From the NCBI GenBank assembly GCA_029717555.1, contig JAMDHS010000010.1:124001-188000 (forward strand): a DNA stretch of 64,000 nt. The letters are read 5' to 3'. The position numbers and the translations under genes are program-made. Below, piece by piece: positions 26,059-38,974 of this stretch. Position 1 is the stretch's first letter. Each line of letters starts with the position of its first letter. Source of the DNA: Peribolospora baueri. Lineage: Eukaryota. The notes beneath the pieces are model-generated. The model ran no database searches and was not told the DNA's origin. It saw nothing but the letters and a program-made list of their open reading frames with translations.

Positions 26059-27897
26059 GTCAGAAGGCTCGAAGGGATGTAGAACAGAGGAGATGGACGA
26101 GGAGAGCGACGTGGAGGAAGCGAGAAAAGGAGGAGAAAGAGGATGAGGATGACCTGGGCACCGTCGGTCGTCGGTCGTCGGTCGTCGGTCTCCGCTCCTG
26201 GTGTCCTCCTCTCCCCGCGTCGGCAAAAAGGCTTTGCCCGCCGTGGCGAGTTGGTCACGTCAGTGCGTGAAGAATGCCCGATATCGAGCGTCATCTGGCT
26301 GTCATGAGGTTCATTTAGCGGGGGAAACTGCGGCGTGAAAGTGAAACCGGCCATCTGTATCTGTCCGTCACATCCGCACGTTCGTCTCCGACCGACCGAC
26401 CGACGTCGCTCGTGCTCTGGCCAGTCCGTCGCAGTTTGTGTCGGGCGCCGTCTCATCTCCCTCACACGCACGCTTTCCATAGCGGGGAAAGCATAGCGGT
26501 CACGTGCGGCGCCCACGTGGTGCATCGACAAGCGCCCGGAGCCGTGGGCACCCACGTTCGTTGGACTGGACGGAGCTCGGTTGGACTTGCTTCGAGCGCA
26601 TCGCTGAAAAGGGCCGACGGAGACATGGGCACAGGAGGGACAGATCGGAAGCCGGAGGGGGCGAGGCGAGAGGGGAGGAGGAGGGAGGTGCAGGCGAAAG
26701 AAGGATAGATAGATGATATGATATACGGACAGACGGGCTGGGTGGACGGATGGATGGACGGCAGGTACGCGCGCTGGACGATGGTGGCTCGATGTATGCG
26801 AGCCAGTCGCCAGACAGCCGGGTGCCTTTGGGTTCCTCGTCCTCGTCGCGCCCGTTGTCTCGCATCTGCGCTTCATCATGGGCAAGGGCGACGGCGGACG
26901 GCGATGACGTCCGTGCGTCTGTCTCTGTTCGCTCGCTCGCTGCGTCTCCATCCGTTGCAACCCCGCCCGCCCGCCTGGTCGCCTAGTCGGCCTAGGTTGG
27001 TTATCTAGCCGACGACGCACTTGGTTCCACTTTCACTCCGCCTGGGCCCGCCGTCGGCTTGAGCTACCATTTGTGGTCCGCCGCCGTCCATGGTCGTGTC
27101 CACCTGGTACACGGTACACGAGTCCCGCCGGGAGAGGCGTGTGTTGTGACGACAGTGCCGAGCCTAAGTCACGGTCCTTCCTGGTTGTCGCCACGCCATC
27201 TCGGCAGAAGGAGGGAGAAAGGCCCCGGCTTGCTTGCATTCTTCCATGACGAATACGTTGCGGGTCCTTCTTCCGCTTGTTGTGCTGGTCTGTGTGTGAG
27301 CTCAGCGGTGGAGGTGAACGTGATGCGCCTGAGGCGGGCAGGCCGTCGCTGTCTGTCTGTCCGTCCGTCCGTCCGTCCGTCCGTCCTGGCTAGTCGCTAG
27401 TCGGTGCATGTGTGGTCTCGCTCGCACGGATCCTGGTGCGACGGTGGGAAGCGGTCGCTTGTCGTCTATGTGTCTCCCTGGCCTGGCCTGGCCACTCCGT
27501 TGGCCAGAAATTCATTCATTTCGATTATTCCTCGCGGATGATGCGTGTCTGTATGCGCGGCGTCGGAGCGAGGCGAGTGCGAGTGCGAGTGCGAGCACGG
27601 TCGTTGGTGTCGGTGGTGGCGTCGAGGAACGCATGCCCGGGCCATTTATCCCTATCCCTCCCTTCCCTCCCTCCATCCGCGCTTGACCCCTTCGCCGCTG
27701 CGGGCTGCGCTGGGCTTGGCTCGCCTGGCCGGGTCGGTTGGCGGGCGTGCCGGCTTGGCTTGGCCTTGCTTGCTGGAGCGGGCTGGCGGGCTGGCAGGCT
27801 GGTGAATGGCCCCTTTCTGGGTGGGCAGCTTGGCGGTCGTCGTCGCCTTCCTTTTCTTCTTCCTCGTCGCCATCACTCCCGTTTTCTCTTCTTTCCT

Positions 27898-27929
<32 letters not shown>

Positions 27930-28443
27930 ACTCTTCCTCCTTCCTGTTCATCTTCCTCTTCCTCCTTCACCCTTTCCTTCTTCCTCTTCTCTTCTCTTCT
28001 CCTCTTCTCCTCTTCTCTTCTCTCCTTGCTCTTCTCTCCTCTCTTCCTCTCGTCTCTCGCTCCGTTTCTTGTTCATCATCCTCCTAACATTGTCTCCGCC
28101 CGTGTCTCACTCCTCATCCACCACACGGGTCCCCGAGACACCGCTCCTCGCGCTCCGCCGCCCTAGACGCTCACCATATCCTAAACAGGTAACGCCGCCT
28201 CCTTCCTCTCTCCCTCCCGCGCAATCGCTCCGCCAGGCCGACTGCGACTGACCGACCACCAACCCCCACGCCCTTATCACAGCCCCTTTCCCATCCGCTC
28301 GCATCTGCACACGCCTTCGACGACCACTGCTTTCGTCCTCCCTCTCGCCGTGCAACCATAGACCACCACAACGACAACGCCGCCGTGAGCGGTCTCTTAT
28401 CACCTCCGCCTTCCGCCGCCCACTCTCTCCTCTCCGGGTCGCC

Positions 28444-30710
28444 ATGGCCTACCCTCTCCCCAGCGGCGACCTCACGCAGACTTACTCCCAGCCCTTCCTC
28501 AAGTCCTCCTCCCGCCTCTCTCATGACTTTGACGACCACTCCGGTCCTGGCTTGGGCTTCCGCGGCGATGGCTACGCTGACTCGGCGTATGCGTACCCCG
28601 GCACACGCTCCAAGCGCTCTTCTTATGTCTCTCCAACCGGCCTAGCCCGACCGACAGGCGTTGCCGACTACGACATGGCTGTCACCGGCGGTGGAGGCAG
28701 CATCAAGTCGACCTACTCGCGCCGATCCCGCCACGGCCTCTCAGACATGCACCCCGGCCTTCCGGAGGTCTCCTTCGCTCCCACCGCCACCCTCTCCATC
28801 CCTCCTGTCGCCGCGCCGCTCCAGCCGGCGCCTCCACCGTTCGACGGCCCGCTCGTAGGACCTCAGCTCGGTCTTCCAGGACCGAGCGCAGGCGGCGCCA
28901 TCTCCAACGTCTCCGGCCTCCCTCCTTCCTCCTCCTCTCTGTCCACCGTTACGCGCCTCGGCACATCCCCTCCTCCGGCCGGGCCCGCCTCGGACGCCAG
29001 TGGCGGGTCCGGCAGCGGCAGCTCCGGCACCGGTCGTCCCGGCCTCGGTAGGGCAGCGCTCGGCGTCGGTGCTGGCTCGGCCGCGTTGGGCGCCTCGCAC
29101 CACCACCGGCACGTCGGTCACGCCAGCAAGCAGCTCGAGGCCAAGGTCGTCATTCTCGGGTCCCAGGGTGAGTGATCGCCTGATCAGCTGTGTCGCTCAC
29201 AAGGCTTTCCTTCTTCCGTGCGGCGAAGGACAGGCATGCGTTTGCGTGCGGACGACCAAGCCCCCCCGTTGTCTCTGATCGCGCGACTGATCGCTAAAAC
29301 GCCATGTCCTCCTCTCCACGGTCACGTTCCCACCAGGTGTGGGAAAGACCTCGCTGGTGCACCGATACACTTCAGGACAGTTCAACGCCTCTTCCACGCC
29401 ATCCACCATCGGCGCATCCTTCCTCACCAAGAAGCTCGTCGTGGATGGCGTCAAGGTCCGGCTTCAGCTCTGGGATACGGCTGGGCAGGAAAGGTTCAGG
29501 AGCATGGTGAGCATCGTCGCGCCATTTCCGTACAGCCAACCCTCTTTCCTTCGCTCACCACGGTCCTCCGTCCCCCATCCTCGTCTACCTCGTTGGACGT
29601 GTAATAGGCGCCCATGTACTACAGGGGAAGCCACGCGGCGGTGATTGTGTATGACATCACCAACAGCGAGAGTTTCGATGACGTGAAGGGCTGGCTCGAT
29701 GGTGCGTATCCGTCATGCGTCCTTTATGCAAACGGCTCGTTCACGGATGATCCTGATCTCTCTCTCCATGCGCGCCTCCTTCTCCATCTCAGAGCTGCGC
29801 CGAACCATGGGATCGGACCTAGTGATCCACATCGTCGGTTCCAAGCTTGACTTGGCACCTGGGGGTCGAGCCGTCAAGTGAGTCATTCTTTCGTTGGATG
29901 CCCGTGGGCTGTGATGGCGTGACAATGGACCTCTCATCCTTTCTCGGATTCTCGAACGACAGCTTCGATATGGCGAGAGACACCATCCACAGCTGGCTTT
30001 CACCTACCCCGACCGATAAGCGCGCTGTGACATCCGCTTCCAACCCGTTCGTGCTCACCCGGGCAGCGACCGTGCCCGCCGCACCGGTCTCGCACGTCTC
30101 ACCGCCATACGCCGGCGAGCCCGCTTCGCGCACCTCGTCCGACCTGCCGAGCTCGAAGAGCAGCCCGAGCGCACCACCGGCTCGCTCTCGTGGGATGACC
30201 GTCTCCGGCGGCCTGGGCATGGCTCGCACCGACAGCACCGGTTCTGGCGACGTTCTCGGCTCGAGCGATGACGATCGTTCCGGTGGCAGCCGACGCTCTC
30301 GTCGCTCCTTCGACGCTCTAGCCCGCGGCGGCCCGTCGGGCGCCACGGCCACCTCCCCTCCTCCTTTGGCCGGTCGTGTCGGCTGGCGATCCTCCAACGA
30401 GCTCTCTCGAGGAGGCACTTGCGCCAGCCCGACGAGGCTCGAAGACGAGCGTGGCGCTGATGGAGAGGAGGATGAGATGTGGAGCCTGCACGGGGTCGAG
30501 TTGAGCGAGGTGTCGGCCAAGGATGACAACTTGATCAGTGGAATCGAGGAGGTGTTCCTGAGTGTCACCAAGCGGCTTGTTGAGCGGCGAGAGCGGATCG
30601 AGATGGAGAGGAGGAGGAGGGAGAGGGAGAGCATCATGCTCAACGAGGAGACCTCTGCTTCCGCCGCCGCTCACGCCCCGCCCAAAGGGCCCTGGTGCTG
30701 CTCTGGCTGA
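28444..30710 (+). CDS. Rab-family small GTPase (Rab5/Rab22-related) with long N-terminal extension and internal insertion, 5 exons
   Basis: LEAKVVILGSQG|VGKTSL, STIGASFLTK, LWDTAGQERFRSM|APMYYRG, IVGSKLD, EVSAK, C-terminal CCSG prenylation motif. Confidence 0.9.
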
Positions 30711-32329
30711 GGAGCATACGTGACGACGCTTTGGGGTCCGGATGTGACCCCGCTCCACTTGCTCTCTCCCCGTTCTTCGCCCTCAGTTGACCTGGACTTT
30801 CACACTATGACGGAGCGCAGCGCACCATCGCCTCGGGCCGGGTCTTCTTTCCATAAACAAACAACACCGCAGGCGCTGCCCGCCGGCCAGTCCCCGGAAC
30901 CAGCTGGCCAAGTTAAGCCGCACGCGCGTGTCAGCTGGACTAGACGTCGCGATCTGATCCGTCTCCCAAGACGAGGAGATGGCCGCCACCACCATCCCCT
31001 TTCTTCCAATCCCCAGCCGCCTCGACCGTGCCGTGCTGCACCTTGCCATCGCCGTCGTCATCACTTCGTCATCACTGGTTCGACGACTCTCTTCCAGCTC
31101 TCGATCGGTCTGTCGGCCGCCTCCGTCTCACTAGAGTCCGAGGCGATTTCGTGCTCGTTCGCTCTGCTGCCGCTCGGTCTTCTTGCGCAAGTGGTTAGCT
31201 GCGAGTCTTGTCAGAAGGTGCTCTCCGACGAGGGTGGTCGTGCGTAATGCACACGCGCATCCACCGAACGAGGAACGGGGCGTGCACCATGTCCGTGAGG
31301 GGGACGACGGGCGACCGCGTTCACGCGCTCCCTTTCGTTTTCCTTGCCAGTTCTCCCGTTTCGCCCGTGCGTTCTCCAGACCGTTCGTTCCTGTCCATCG
31401 CTCATCCCATCCCGTTCCGTGTTCCTCGCACGACTCTCACATCGTTCCAATCGCCGCCGCCGCCGCCTTCGCCGCCGTCTCACCGTTCGTCGTCCGTTCG
31501 TTCCATCACTACATCTCTAGTTTCCGGCTCTCCCCACGATCAGGCCGTCCTCGTGTACATTATACGTCACCCGCACAGCCTCACCTCTTCTTCTTTTCTT
31601 GTCTTTACCCCCCTTCCCACCCCGCTCCTCCCCTCTGCCGTTTTTACGCTTCGGCTCGCTCGTCCATCCCCCGATCCTCTTCCAGCGTTCGTACTCGGCT
31701 TTTTCGGCCCCATCCTGATTCGCTTCCCTTCTCTCTCCCTTCGTCTCCTCTTCTCGGCCGTTTATCGAGCCTCCTCCCTTCGCCTCTCGCCTGCTTTTTA
31801 TTTTTTTTATTTTTTTTCTTTCTGGGACGCGGAAGAATGGAGGATGATGGCAGGGGCGAGCGGTACGGTACGTCCGACCGACCGAGTGCCGCTGGTCGCC
31901 ATCGGTCCGTCGCACATGCACTGTGCTAGCATCGCTTCTGTTTCTCTTTCTGTCTTCCTATACCTTTCTTCTCGTCCTCGCTCGTTCGCTTTCGAATGCA
32001 GTTCCTTATCTCTCGTGCGTGTTCGCCCTTCGCTCAAGGACAAGTAGAGCGGAAACTGCTGCGGCGCCGCCTTTCCAAAGCGTCAGTGACCATTGGCTGC
32101 TTTGCGAACCGCCGCAGCGCTTGCCTTTGCCGTAGAGGCGCAAGTACATTAGAATTTGTTTGTTATCTCCACTTTCCCCTCACGGCCCAAAAATCCATCC
32201 ATCCATCGATGATCACACGGCGTCTCACGGCGCGTCTCATTCTTTCTCCCGTCATCGCCAACGAGACTCGCCTCCTACCGCAACCGGCTCTGAGCGGGTC
32301 GCGTTATCATTTGCCATGGGCTTCCGACC

Positions 32330-32753
32330 ATGGACGTCATCTACCTACCAGGCGTACACGGTTTGATCGCTGACAAGAACAGACAAGCGGGCGAGGCAAG
32401 CTCTACCAGGATCGAGGTCGTCGACGACGACGAGCCGACAACGACACGGACGTTCAAGCCATCATCATCCATGGACGAATCACGATCTGCGTTTTCAGAT
32501 CCGACGACGCCCGCCCTCCTGTTCCCTCTCCGTCGCCACCGCTCCTCCCTTCAGCAGGCTCCCAAGGCCTGCGTATCGCCGCCCTGCGTCACCGCCTGCC
32601 CGCCCAGGAAGGACGACGCGACGGTCAGCGGCGTCTTCGACCGGACCGAGTCCGACGAAGACGGCCGTTCGGGTCCCCTACTGGACGGACTCCCCGAGGA
32701 GGCGAGGCCCCGGTTGTTGCGAGTCCGACACGGCAGCGACGTCTCGCCCAGCT

Positions 32754-32797
<44 letters not shown>

Positions 32798-33772
32798 CAG
32801 GTGCCAGCTCGGCCGATGCGGAGACGGCCGTCTGCGCAGGACCTCCTCACCGCCATACAAGTACAAGGCCGTCATAATTGTCCTCGTCGATCTAGCTTTG
32901 ACGACTGCCCGCTTTATCCCCCCGCCGCCTGCGGTGGACTGACGACGGTCGGGAGCGCGGCGGCGAACCGAAAGACGCGACCGGTCTCCTTTGCCTCTGC
33001 GCTCGCGCTCTTCGAATGCCCGCGCGAAGAGGATCTACCTCCTTCGTCTACCACTTCCTCCTCCTCGCCTCTCTCTTCCTGTTCCTCTACGCCCTCCTCC
33101 AACACCGTCCCTGCTGGCTTCGCCGCCGCCGCCGACCTTCCCCGCAGAAGTCGGCCACGATCTCGATCACCCTCTTCCGCGCTTCCCTTGCCGCCCTCTT
33201 CGCTCTTCGCCATGTCCATCAGCGGGACGGCCGCGCATGCTCTGCGCAGGGCCGGGAACGATGACGACGACGCCGGGACGGGAGCGAGGGGAGACGTCTT
33301 CGAGGTCAAGAGGAGGCGCAGGAGGCAAACCATGTCCGATGTTCGGTCTACCCGACCGAACAGCAAAGCGCGCCACGGCGGCGACGACGACAGCGACAAC
33401 GAGGACGACGACAAGGGCGACGGTAGTCGACAACCGTCATCGGTGCCCGCTCCCGCCGTCGTCCTCCGTTCTCCCTCGCAATCCTCCTCGTCTCCTTCGC
33501 CGACACGGCGGGACTGGGCAGCAGCTGCCTCCTCGCTCCCCTCTTCTCCCCCATCCTCGTCCTCCTCTGCCTCCTCTTCTGTTTCCCACAGCCCTCGTTC
33601 GTCTCCGTCCTCTCACCATCCCCCCTGCCATAGCTTCCGTCCAATTGGGAACGCCAACCTCGCAGCAGCAGCCTCGCACTTCTCTGCCGCCGCGTTGCCT
33701 CTGCCCCCATCTGCGCTGTTCTCTCTCTCATTGAGCTGTCTCTGGGCCCCCCCTAACGGCGCGAATTGGTAG
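32330..33772 (+). CDS. Hypothetical Ser/Pro-rich low-complexity protein
   Basis: 480-aa intronless ORF with ATG start and an internally repeated ALPLPPS(S/A)LF motif. No recognisable domain. Confidence 0.45.
32755..32796. repeat. (GTCTGC)7 hexamer repeat encoding (SA)n
   Basis: Seen directly inside ORF 32330-33772. Confidence 0.9.
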
Positions 33773-34993
33773 TGTCATTGATGATGGAGACGATCAAGAG
33801 AGCCATCAGCGCGCGACGGCGGAGGTGGATGTGGAGGGAGATGGGAGTGAGGGCAACCGCGGGCTTACTCGGCCGGATACCTGGAGGCACGAGCGAGAAG
33901 CAGGACGGGGGTTCGTGAGGACATCGAGCAACTCCGCAAGAGTGGAGCGCAGTCGCGGTTTTCAAGGTGGGCGTGGCGTTGTTTTCGGTTCGATCGCTGG
34001 CGGGGCTCCGTCCAGGACCCTTCAAACTGCAGGCCCGTGGATGGGGGCGATGCGATCCCTGTCGTTGGGTTTGAGCGTGGTATTGTTGTAACGGAGGCGA
34101 GTTCCCGCTCGCATCCCTTCCGCATGGTCTCCATGAGATCCTTTCTTCCTCCCGGAGCGACTGTCATTGGGTTCTTGGAAAGTCTTCATCGGTTCGTGCT
34201 TCGCCTCGTATCTTGTTTCCCTCTTGTGTTTCTCTGTTTTCTATCTATTTCCCTTCTCCTTCCCCCCCCCCCCCCCCACGGCGCCCACCAGTGATCGCTG
34301 CTGGCAGTCCGGCGCCGTGTACGATAGTCCCCGTGTTCCTCTGCCTTCCCTTTACTTTTCATCTTTGTATCTCGCTGTCGGCCGGTGGTCGTCCTTCCTT
34401 TCCCATAGCGCCCGCTCGTACCAGGCGATGATCGTTCTCCCGTAACCCTGCCGTACAAAGGTCTGTGTATAACCCTTGTTTCTAATACGATTACTAGTCC
34501 TTGCCGTCTTCCGTCCGCTTGCCCACGAAGAAGGGTCGGAATGAATGCCGCAGCGCTTCTTCTCGCCGTAAAAGTAGGGTTACCAACCCACCTTCCCTGT
34601 GGGACGGACGACATCCCATTCGCCTTCGCGGTTCCGTCGTCACTTCCACCCTCCGCTTCTTCGACGTTCCGGTCTCGTTCTTCAGTCGCAGTTGACAGCG
34701 AAAGGAAGGGGAAGAAAAGACATCCGAACCAAAAAAAAATGGTGAGTTTTGAGCGTGACCGATTTCGACGGAACGTGTGGAAAGAAACGCCCAATCCATG
34801 TATGTGTATGCGGTCGTGCGCGCTATGAGCGTTTGCCGGCGAGCTTGCAAGCTTTTTCAGCCTCGCCGCGGGCCTGCATGTCATCGAGGTGTCGTCGTGG
34901 ATTCTGAGGGCTGAGCAGAAGGGACGCTTACTTTTTGCTTCTTTTTATTTTTATCTTTCTCTTTTACTCCGGACCCAGTCTCGGACACCTTCC

Positions 34994-35961
34994 ATGCTTC
35001 TCAACGTCGTCGCGCGGTCATGCCGCTGCGGTGCCGGTGTCGGCCCTTCTTCGTGAGTTTGCGAGGTGTAGCGGCTCCCGTTGTGGCCGTGTAGTGTGCG
35101 GGCTTTTGGAAAAGACCGTCGATCTGACCCATGCACATCGCTGCATCCGTTTGTCTCGGTCGTGTCTGCGCACCAGTGCGCGCTCTGTCCTTCCCCTCGT
35201 CCGCCGTCATCCTCTTCTTTCCACGCGCTCCCTCGCGACCGAAGCTTCTCCTGCCTCTTCTTCCGACGCCTCTTCCCCGCCGCCGACGAACGCGAGCCCC
35301 AAGATCTCAGGCATCGTAGACGAGATCGAGAAACTGACTCTGCTCGAGGCTGCTGATCTGGTGTCTTTGTTGAAGGTGAGAAAGCGATAACGTTCAACGC
35401 GTGCCGAGTTGTCGGATTTACATTGTTCCTTTAGAAGACGCGCGCGGCGTCAGATAAGATTTTGCCCCGCGTGCTCAAGGTTTGCTGACCCCATCTCTAC
35501 ATTTGACTCTCGCTCCTTGTGCTGTCCGTCGAGCAGAGTCGGCTCAACATCCAGGACATTGCCATGCCAGCGGCATCCGCCCCGGCTCCCCCCGCGGCAG
35601 CCGCAGGGGAGGCCGCCGCTCCGGCCGAGGAGGTGCGTCCATCCTCTGATATCTGACCACTTCGTGGATCCGCTCCTTCATAGCATCAGCTAATCTACTC
35701 CATAATCTCCTCCTGGAATTTTAGGCAAAGCCAAAGGAGAAGACCATTTTCACCCTCAAGCTGGCCTCGCTCAAGGATGCCTCGGCGAAGGCAAAGGTGA
35801 TCAAGGAGGTCAAGGCGGTCAACTCGACCATGAACCTGGTCGAGGCCAAGAAGTTTGTCGAGTCGTTGCCTCAGACGCTGAAGGAGGGTGTCACGAAGGA
35901 GGAAGCGGAGAAGCTCAAGAAGGCTTTCGACACCGCTGGCGCAGTTGTCGAGATGGAATGA
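34994..35961 (+). CDS. MNP1: Mitochondrial ribosomal protein bL12m (L7/L12), 4 exons
   Basis: Presequence MLLNVVARSCRCG, then KISGIVDEIEKLTLLEAADLVSLLK|SRLNIQDIAMPAA..|AKPKEKTIFTLKL..KAKVIKEVK..MNLVEAKKFVESLPQTLKEGVTKEEAEKLKK..GAVVEME*. Confidence 0.93.
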
Positions 35962-36327
35962 TCGTCGTTGGGGTTGTTGCCTTGATGGCTCGTTGGCTCT
36001 TCGCTCGATTTTGGATCCGTCTTGCGTAGCTGGTGTCTTTGCCTTGGCCATGTCATCCCTCTCGCGACGGCGATTGCCCCTGTAGCTATGCTTAGAAGTG
36101 ACCAGTCTGTTAGCTGCAAAGTCACTCTTGTTATCGTGAAGGACTCGGATCGGGATTCCATCGCGGTTTCCCGTCCTTCCTACCGCAGTCGTTCCGCAGC
36201 ACCGAGCGAACCTTCCACTCTAGGATGGACCTGCTACAGCTCAAACGACATACGAGAGGAAGACGAAAACGACAAGCGAGGGAGACGGGCATTATTCCTC
36301 GTTCCCCTCATGTATGGCGCACGATAG

Positions 36328-38739
36328 ATGAGCCTTCCTTTCAAGAGCGTCGCAAGCGCCCTCGCCCTTCTTCGTCTGCCTTGCGACTCGCTCACTCTCG
36401 CCCTCACACCTGCGCTCGCACGTTGTCGTTCTGGAGGCGTTCGACATGCGAGCAGTATCAGCGATGGCACCATCACCATCACCTCTACTGGGGCCACCAC
36501 CTCCGCCGTTAGCCGCGCTCTCGGTTATCGTCCTCCGTCAGGAAAGGCTGAGGAGGGGGATGGGCAGGACGCCGGGGAAGAAGGGAGCGCGTCGAAGAAG
36601 AGGCGATCAGGCTGCTATCGGCTCGGGAAGGATGATGAGCAGCAGAAGGGCAGGCGAGCGTTCGGACGAGCTTCGTTGTCGGCACCCGGGTCGTTGGCCC
36701 ATCGCCATCGCCAGCGTCTCGAGTCTCCTTCTTGCTTCGGACGTCGCTCTGGATCTCCTAACCCTCGTCCATCGGGCGTACGGCTGCGGAAGCCGTCGAG
36801 CGAATCGGTAGAACGACCGTCGGCACGGCCTCCGTCGACGTCCGCGTCCCAGCCGACGACGTCCATTTCTACCGCCGCCGTCGATCCCCGCCTTCGCGCC
36901 TCTCTCGAATCGTCTCTCCAAGCCGCCCTGGACTCGGCTTCCCCCGCCGCGCTCTTCTCCACCTACCTCCACGTCTGCGGCGCGACGCCGCTGGGCCCTC
37001 TCTTCCTCTCCGTCGCTCGCACCCGAGCCGTGCTCCATCGACTGGTGGAAGAGAGGCCTAGGACGCGTGGTGGACTGCAGAGGGTGCTGAGGGTGGTGGA
37101 GAACTTGAGGGCGAGGGGGGCCACGGTGGGGGATCGGGAGTACAGGGCGGTCATCGGCTTTGTCGGCAGGTGTTTTCGCAAGGCCGGGCGCGGGGAATTG
37201 AGAGAGGTGATGGCTATTTTTGCACAGATGGTCAGACGACGCGAAGGAGGAGAAGGGGAAGAAGAAGGGGCCAGTTCGAGGGCGGTGATCGACCGCAAGA
37301 CGTACAACGTCGTGCTCGACGTCGTCTCTCGCGCTTGGGCGCCCGATCTCTTCGACCGTCTCTTCCACCGCATGGTCGTCCTCGACGGCATCTCTCCCGA
37401 CCGTTTCACCTACATGGCTCGATTGCGTCGGTACGCCGTGGCAGGAGATCTGGCGGGCGTCCGACGGACCGTCCAGGATATGGCCCGAGCCTCTCCTTCC
37501 TTGCGCCGGGTGGAGATGGACGAGGTGAACGCGGGGCTGTGGGCTCACGCGCGCTACGGCGGCGGCGGCCGTCTGTCGGACGTCATGGGCGTCTATCGTG
37601 GCTTGAGAAGGAACGCGATGGCAAGGAGACGGCGCTGGCTGAGCGCGGACGAGCGAACGGCGGAAATGTTGAGCGAGCTGAGGGGGGAAGGCCCGCCGGC
37701 GAGGGATGGGGAGAGCGAGGAGGCGGTGAACAGGGTGCTTGGTGTGGGCAGGTTGAGTGGGACGGACATTCCGTTTCACGACGGTCTGGTGCCGAACGGA
37801 AGGACGTTTGGGATGGTCGTTCAGACGCTCGCTTACAGGGGTTCTCTCGCCGAGGCGCTCGACGTTATGGAGGACATGGTGAACACGCCGGTGCTCGGCT
37901 ACGACGACAACAAGTCATCATCCACGCCGTCGTTCTCCTCCTCCTCCAGACGCGCGCGGCGTGACTACCTCCGGCCTACGCTGGCTATGTACATGGCCCT
38001 CTTCGTCGGCTTCGCTCGGCATGCCGAGCGTCCACTGGCTTCGTCGTCGGCCTCTCCCTCGTCCGCTCCTCCGCCGTCGCCGTCGCCGTCGCCGTGGACG
38101 AGAGAGGCGCTGGACAGACTGTTGGAGTCATTTTTGACCATCAAGCCTTCCGAAGCTTCACTGGCGGGACAAGAAGCGTCGGCACGGCTCAAGCGGGCCG
38201 TCGACGGACTTCCGACGCTGCTCGACGACGACGACGACGACGACGAAGTGGGAGCGGCGGGCGTGGGAGTGGGAGGAAGAAAGAAGAAGAGAAAACGCCG
38301 AGGGGAAGATCTACCAATCATATGGAACCCTCGTTCCATCATCAGTCCACCCACCCACCGCGCTCCCACCCGACGAGAGCTTTTCTTTTTGATCACCGCT
38401 CTGAGACGCGTTTCAGGGGATGATGCGGAGTGGGTGTTGTCGAGGTGGGCGATGGTGATGGATAAGTTTGGGCCTGAGATTGAGGTGGAACGGTCGGGGA
38501 GGGAGCGGACGGACGGAGACGGAGGCGGAGATGGCGACGATGGGTATCAAAGAGAAGAAGATGACGGCGTGGTGCGGAGGAGGACAAGCGCGAACCGGGA
38601 AGGCTGGACGGGATTGCGGATCGGCAAGCGGTTGCGACGCGTGCTGTCGTCGCTCGAGGAAATGGTCGAGCCTCGAGAGGGCTCGGGTGGGGACGAAGAA
38701 AATCAAAGTGGGACAAGCGATATGGAACGCGCAGGCTAG
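36328..38739 (+). CDS. Pentatricopeptide-repeat (PPR) protein, likely mitochondrial
   Basis: 803-aa intronless ORF. PPR-like motifs DRKTYNVVLDVVSRA..LFHRM..GISPDRFTYMARLRRYAVAGDLAGVRRTVQDM, PNGRTFGMVVQTLAYRGSLAEALDVMEDM and PTLAMYMALFVGF. Presequence-like N-terminus. Confidence 0.75.
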   Translation: MSLPFKSVASALALLRLPCDSLTLALTPALARCRSGGVRHASSISDGTITITSTGATTSAVSRALGYRPPSGKAEEGDGQDAGEEGSASKKRRSGCYRLGKDDEQQKGRRAFGRASLSAPGSLAHRHRQRLESPSCFGRRSGSPNPRPSGVRLRKPSSESVERPSARPPSTSASQPTTSISTAAVDPRLRASLESSLQAALDSASPAALFSTYLHVCGATPLGPLFLSVARTRAVLHRLVEERPRTRGGLQRVLRVVENLRARGATVGDREYRAVIGFVGRCFRKAGRGELREVMAIFAQMVRRREGGEGEEEGASSRAVIDRKTYNVVLDVVSRAWAPDLFDRLFHRMVVLDGISPDRFTYMARLRRYAVAGDLAGVRRTVQDMARASPSLRRVEMDEVNAGLWAHARYGGGGRLSDVMGVYRGLRRNAMARRRRWLSADERTAEMLSELRGEGPPARDGESEEAVNRVLGVGRLSGTDIPFHDGLVPNGRTFGMVVQTLAYRGSLAEALDVMEDMVNTPVLGYDDNKSSSTPSFSSSSRRARRDYLRPTLAMYMALFVGFARHAERPLASSSASPSSAPPPSPSPSPWTREALDRLLESFLTIKPSEASLAGQEASARLKRAVDGLPTLLDDDDDDDEVGAAGVGVGGRKKKRKRRGEDLPIIWNPRSIISPPTHRAPTRRELFFLITALRRVSGDDAEWVLSRWAMVMDKFGPEIEVERSGRERTDGDGGGDGDDGYQREEDDGVVRRRTSANREGWTGLRIGKRLRRVLSSLEEMVEPREGSGGDEENQSGTSDMERAG

Positions 38740-38974
38740 ACGGTAAAGGCCCCTCGGGTGGTTCTTGCTGCATTCCTAATCTTTCATTCCTCCTTTTGTC
38801 ATTGGAGATATGCAATTACAAATGGCCAACGTCGTCGTCAACGTGACGGTGAGCGTGACCTCTCGTGGTCGGGGGTCGTCGGGGTATTCGTCGTTTCGGT
38901 ATAAACTCTCAGATGCGGAGAAGTGGGGGGAAGGGGGCGATAGGAGCGGACGGAGTAGCGGTGTCGTCTCGGCT

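Noticed and set aside
25962..28251. ORFs 25962-27020 and 27412-28251
   Set aside because: Low-complexity promoter or UTR sequence between divergent genes.
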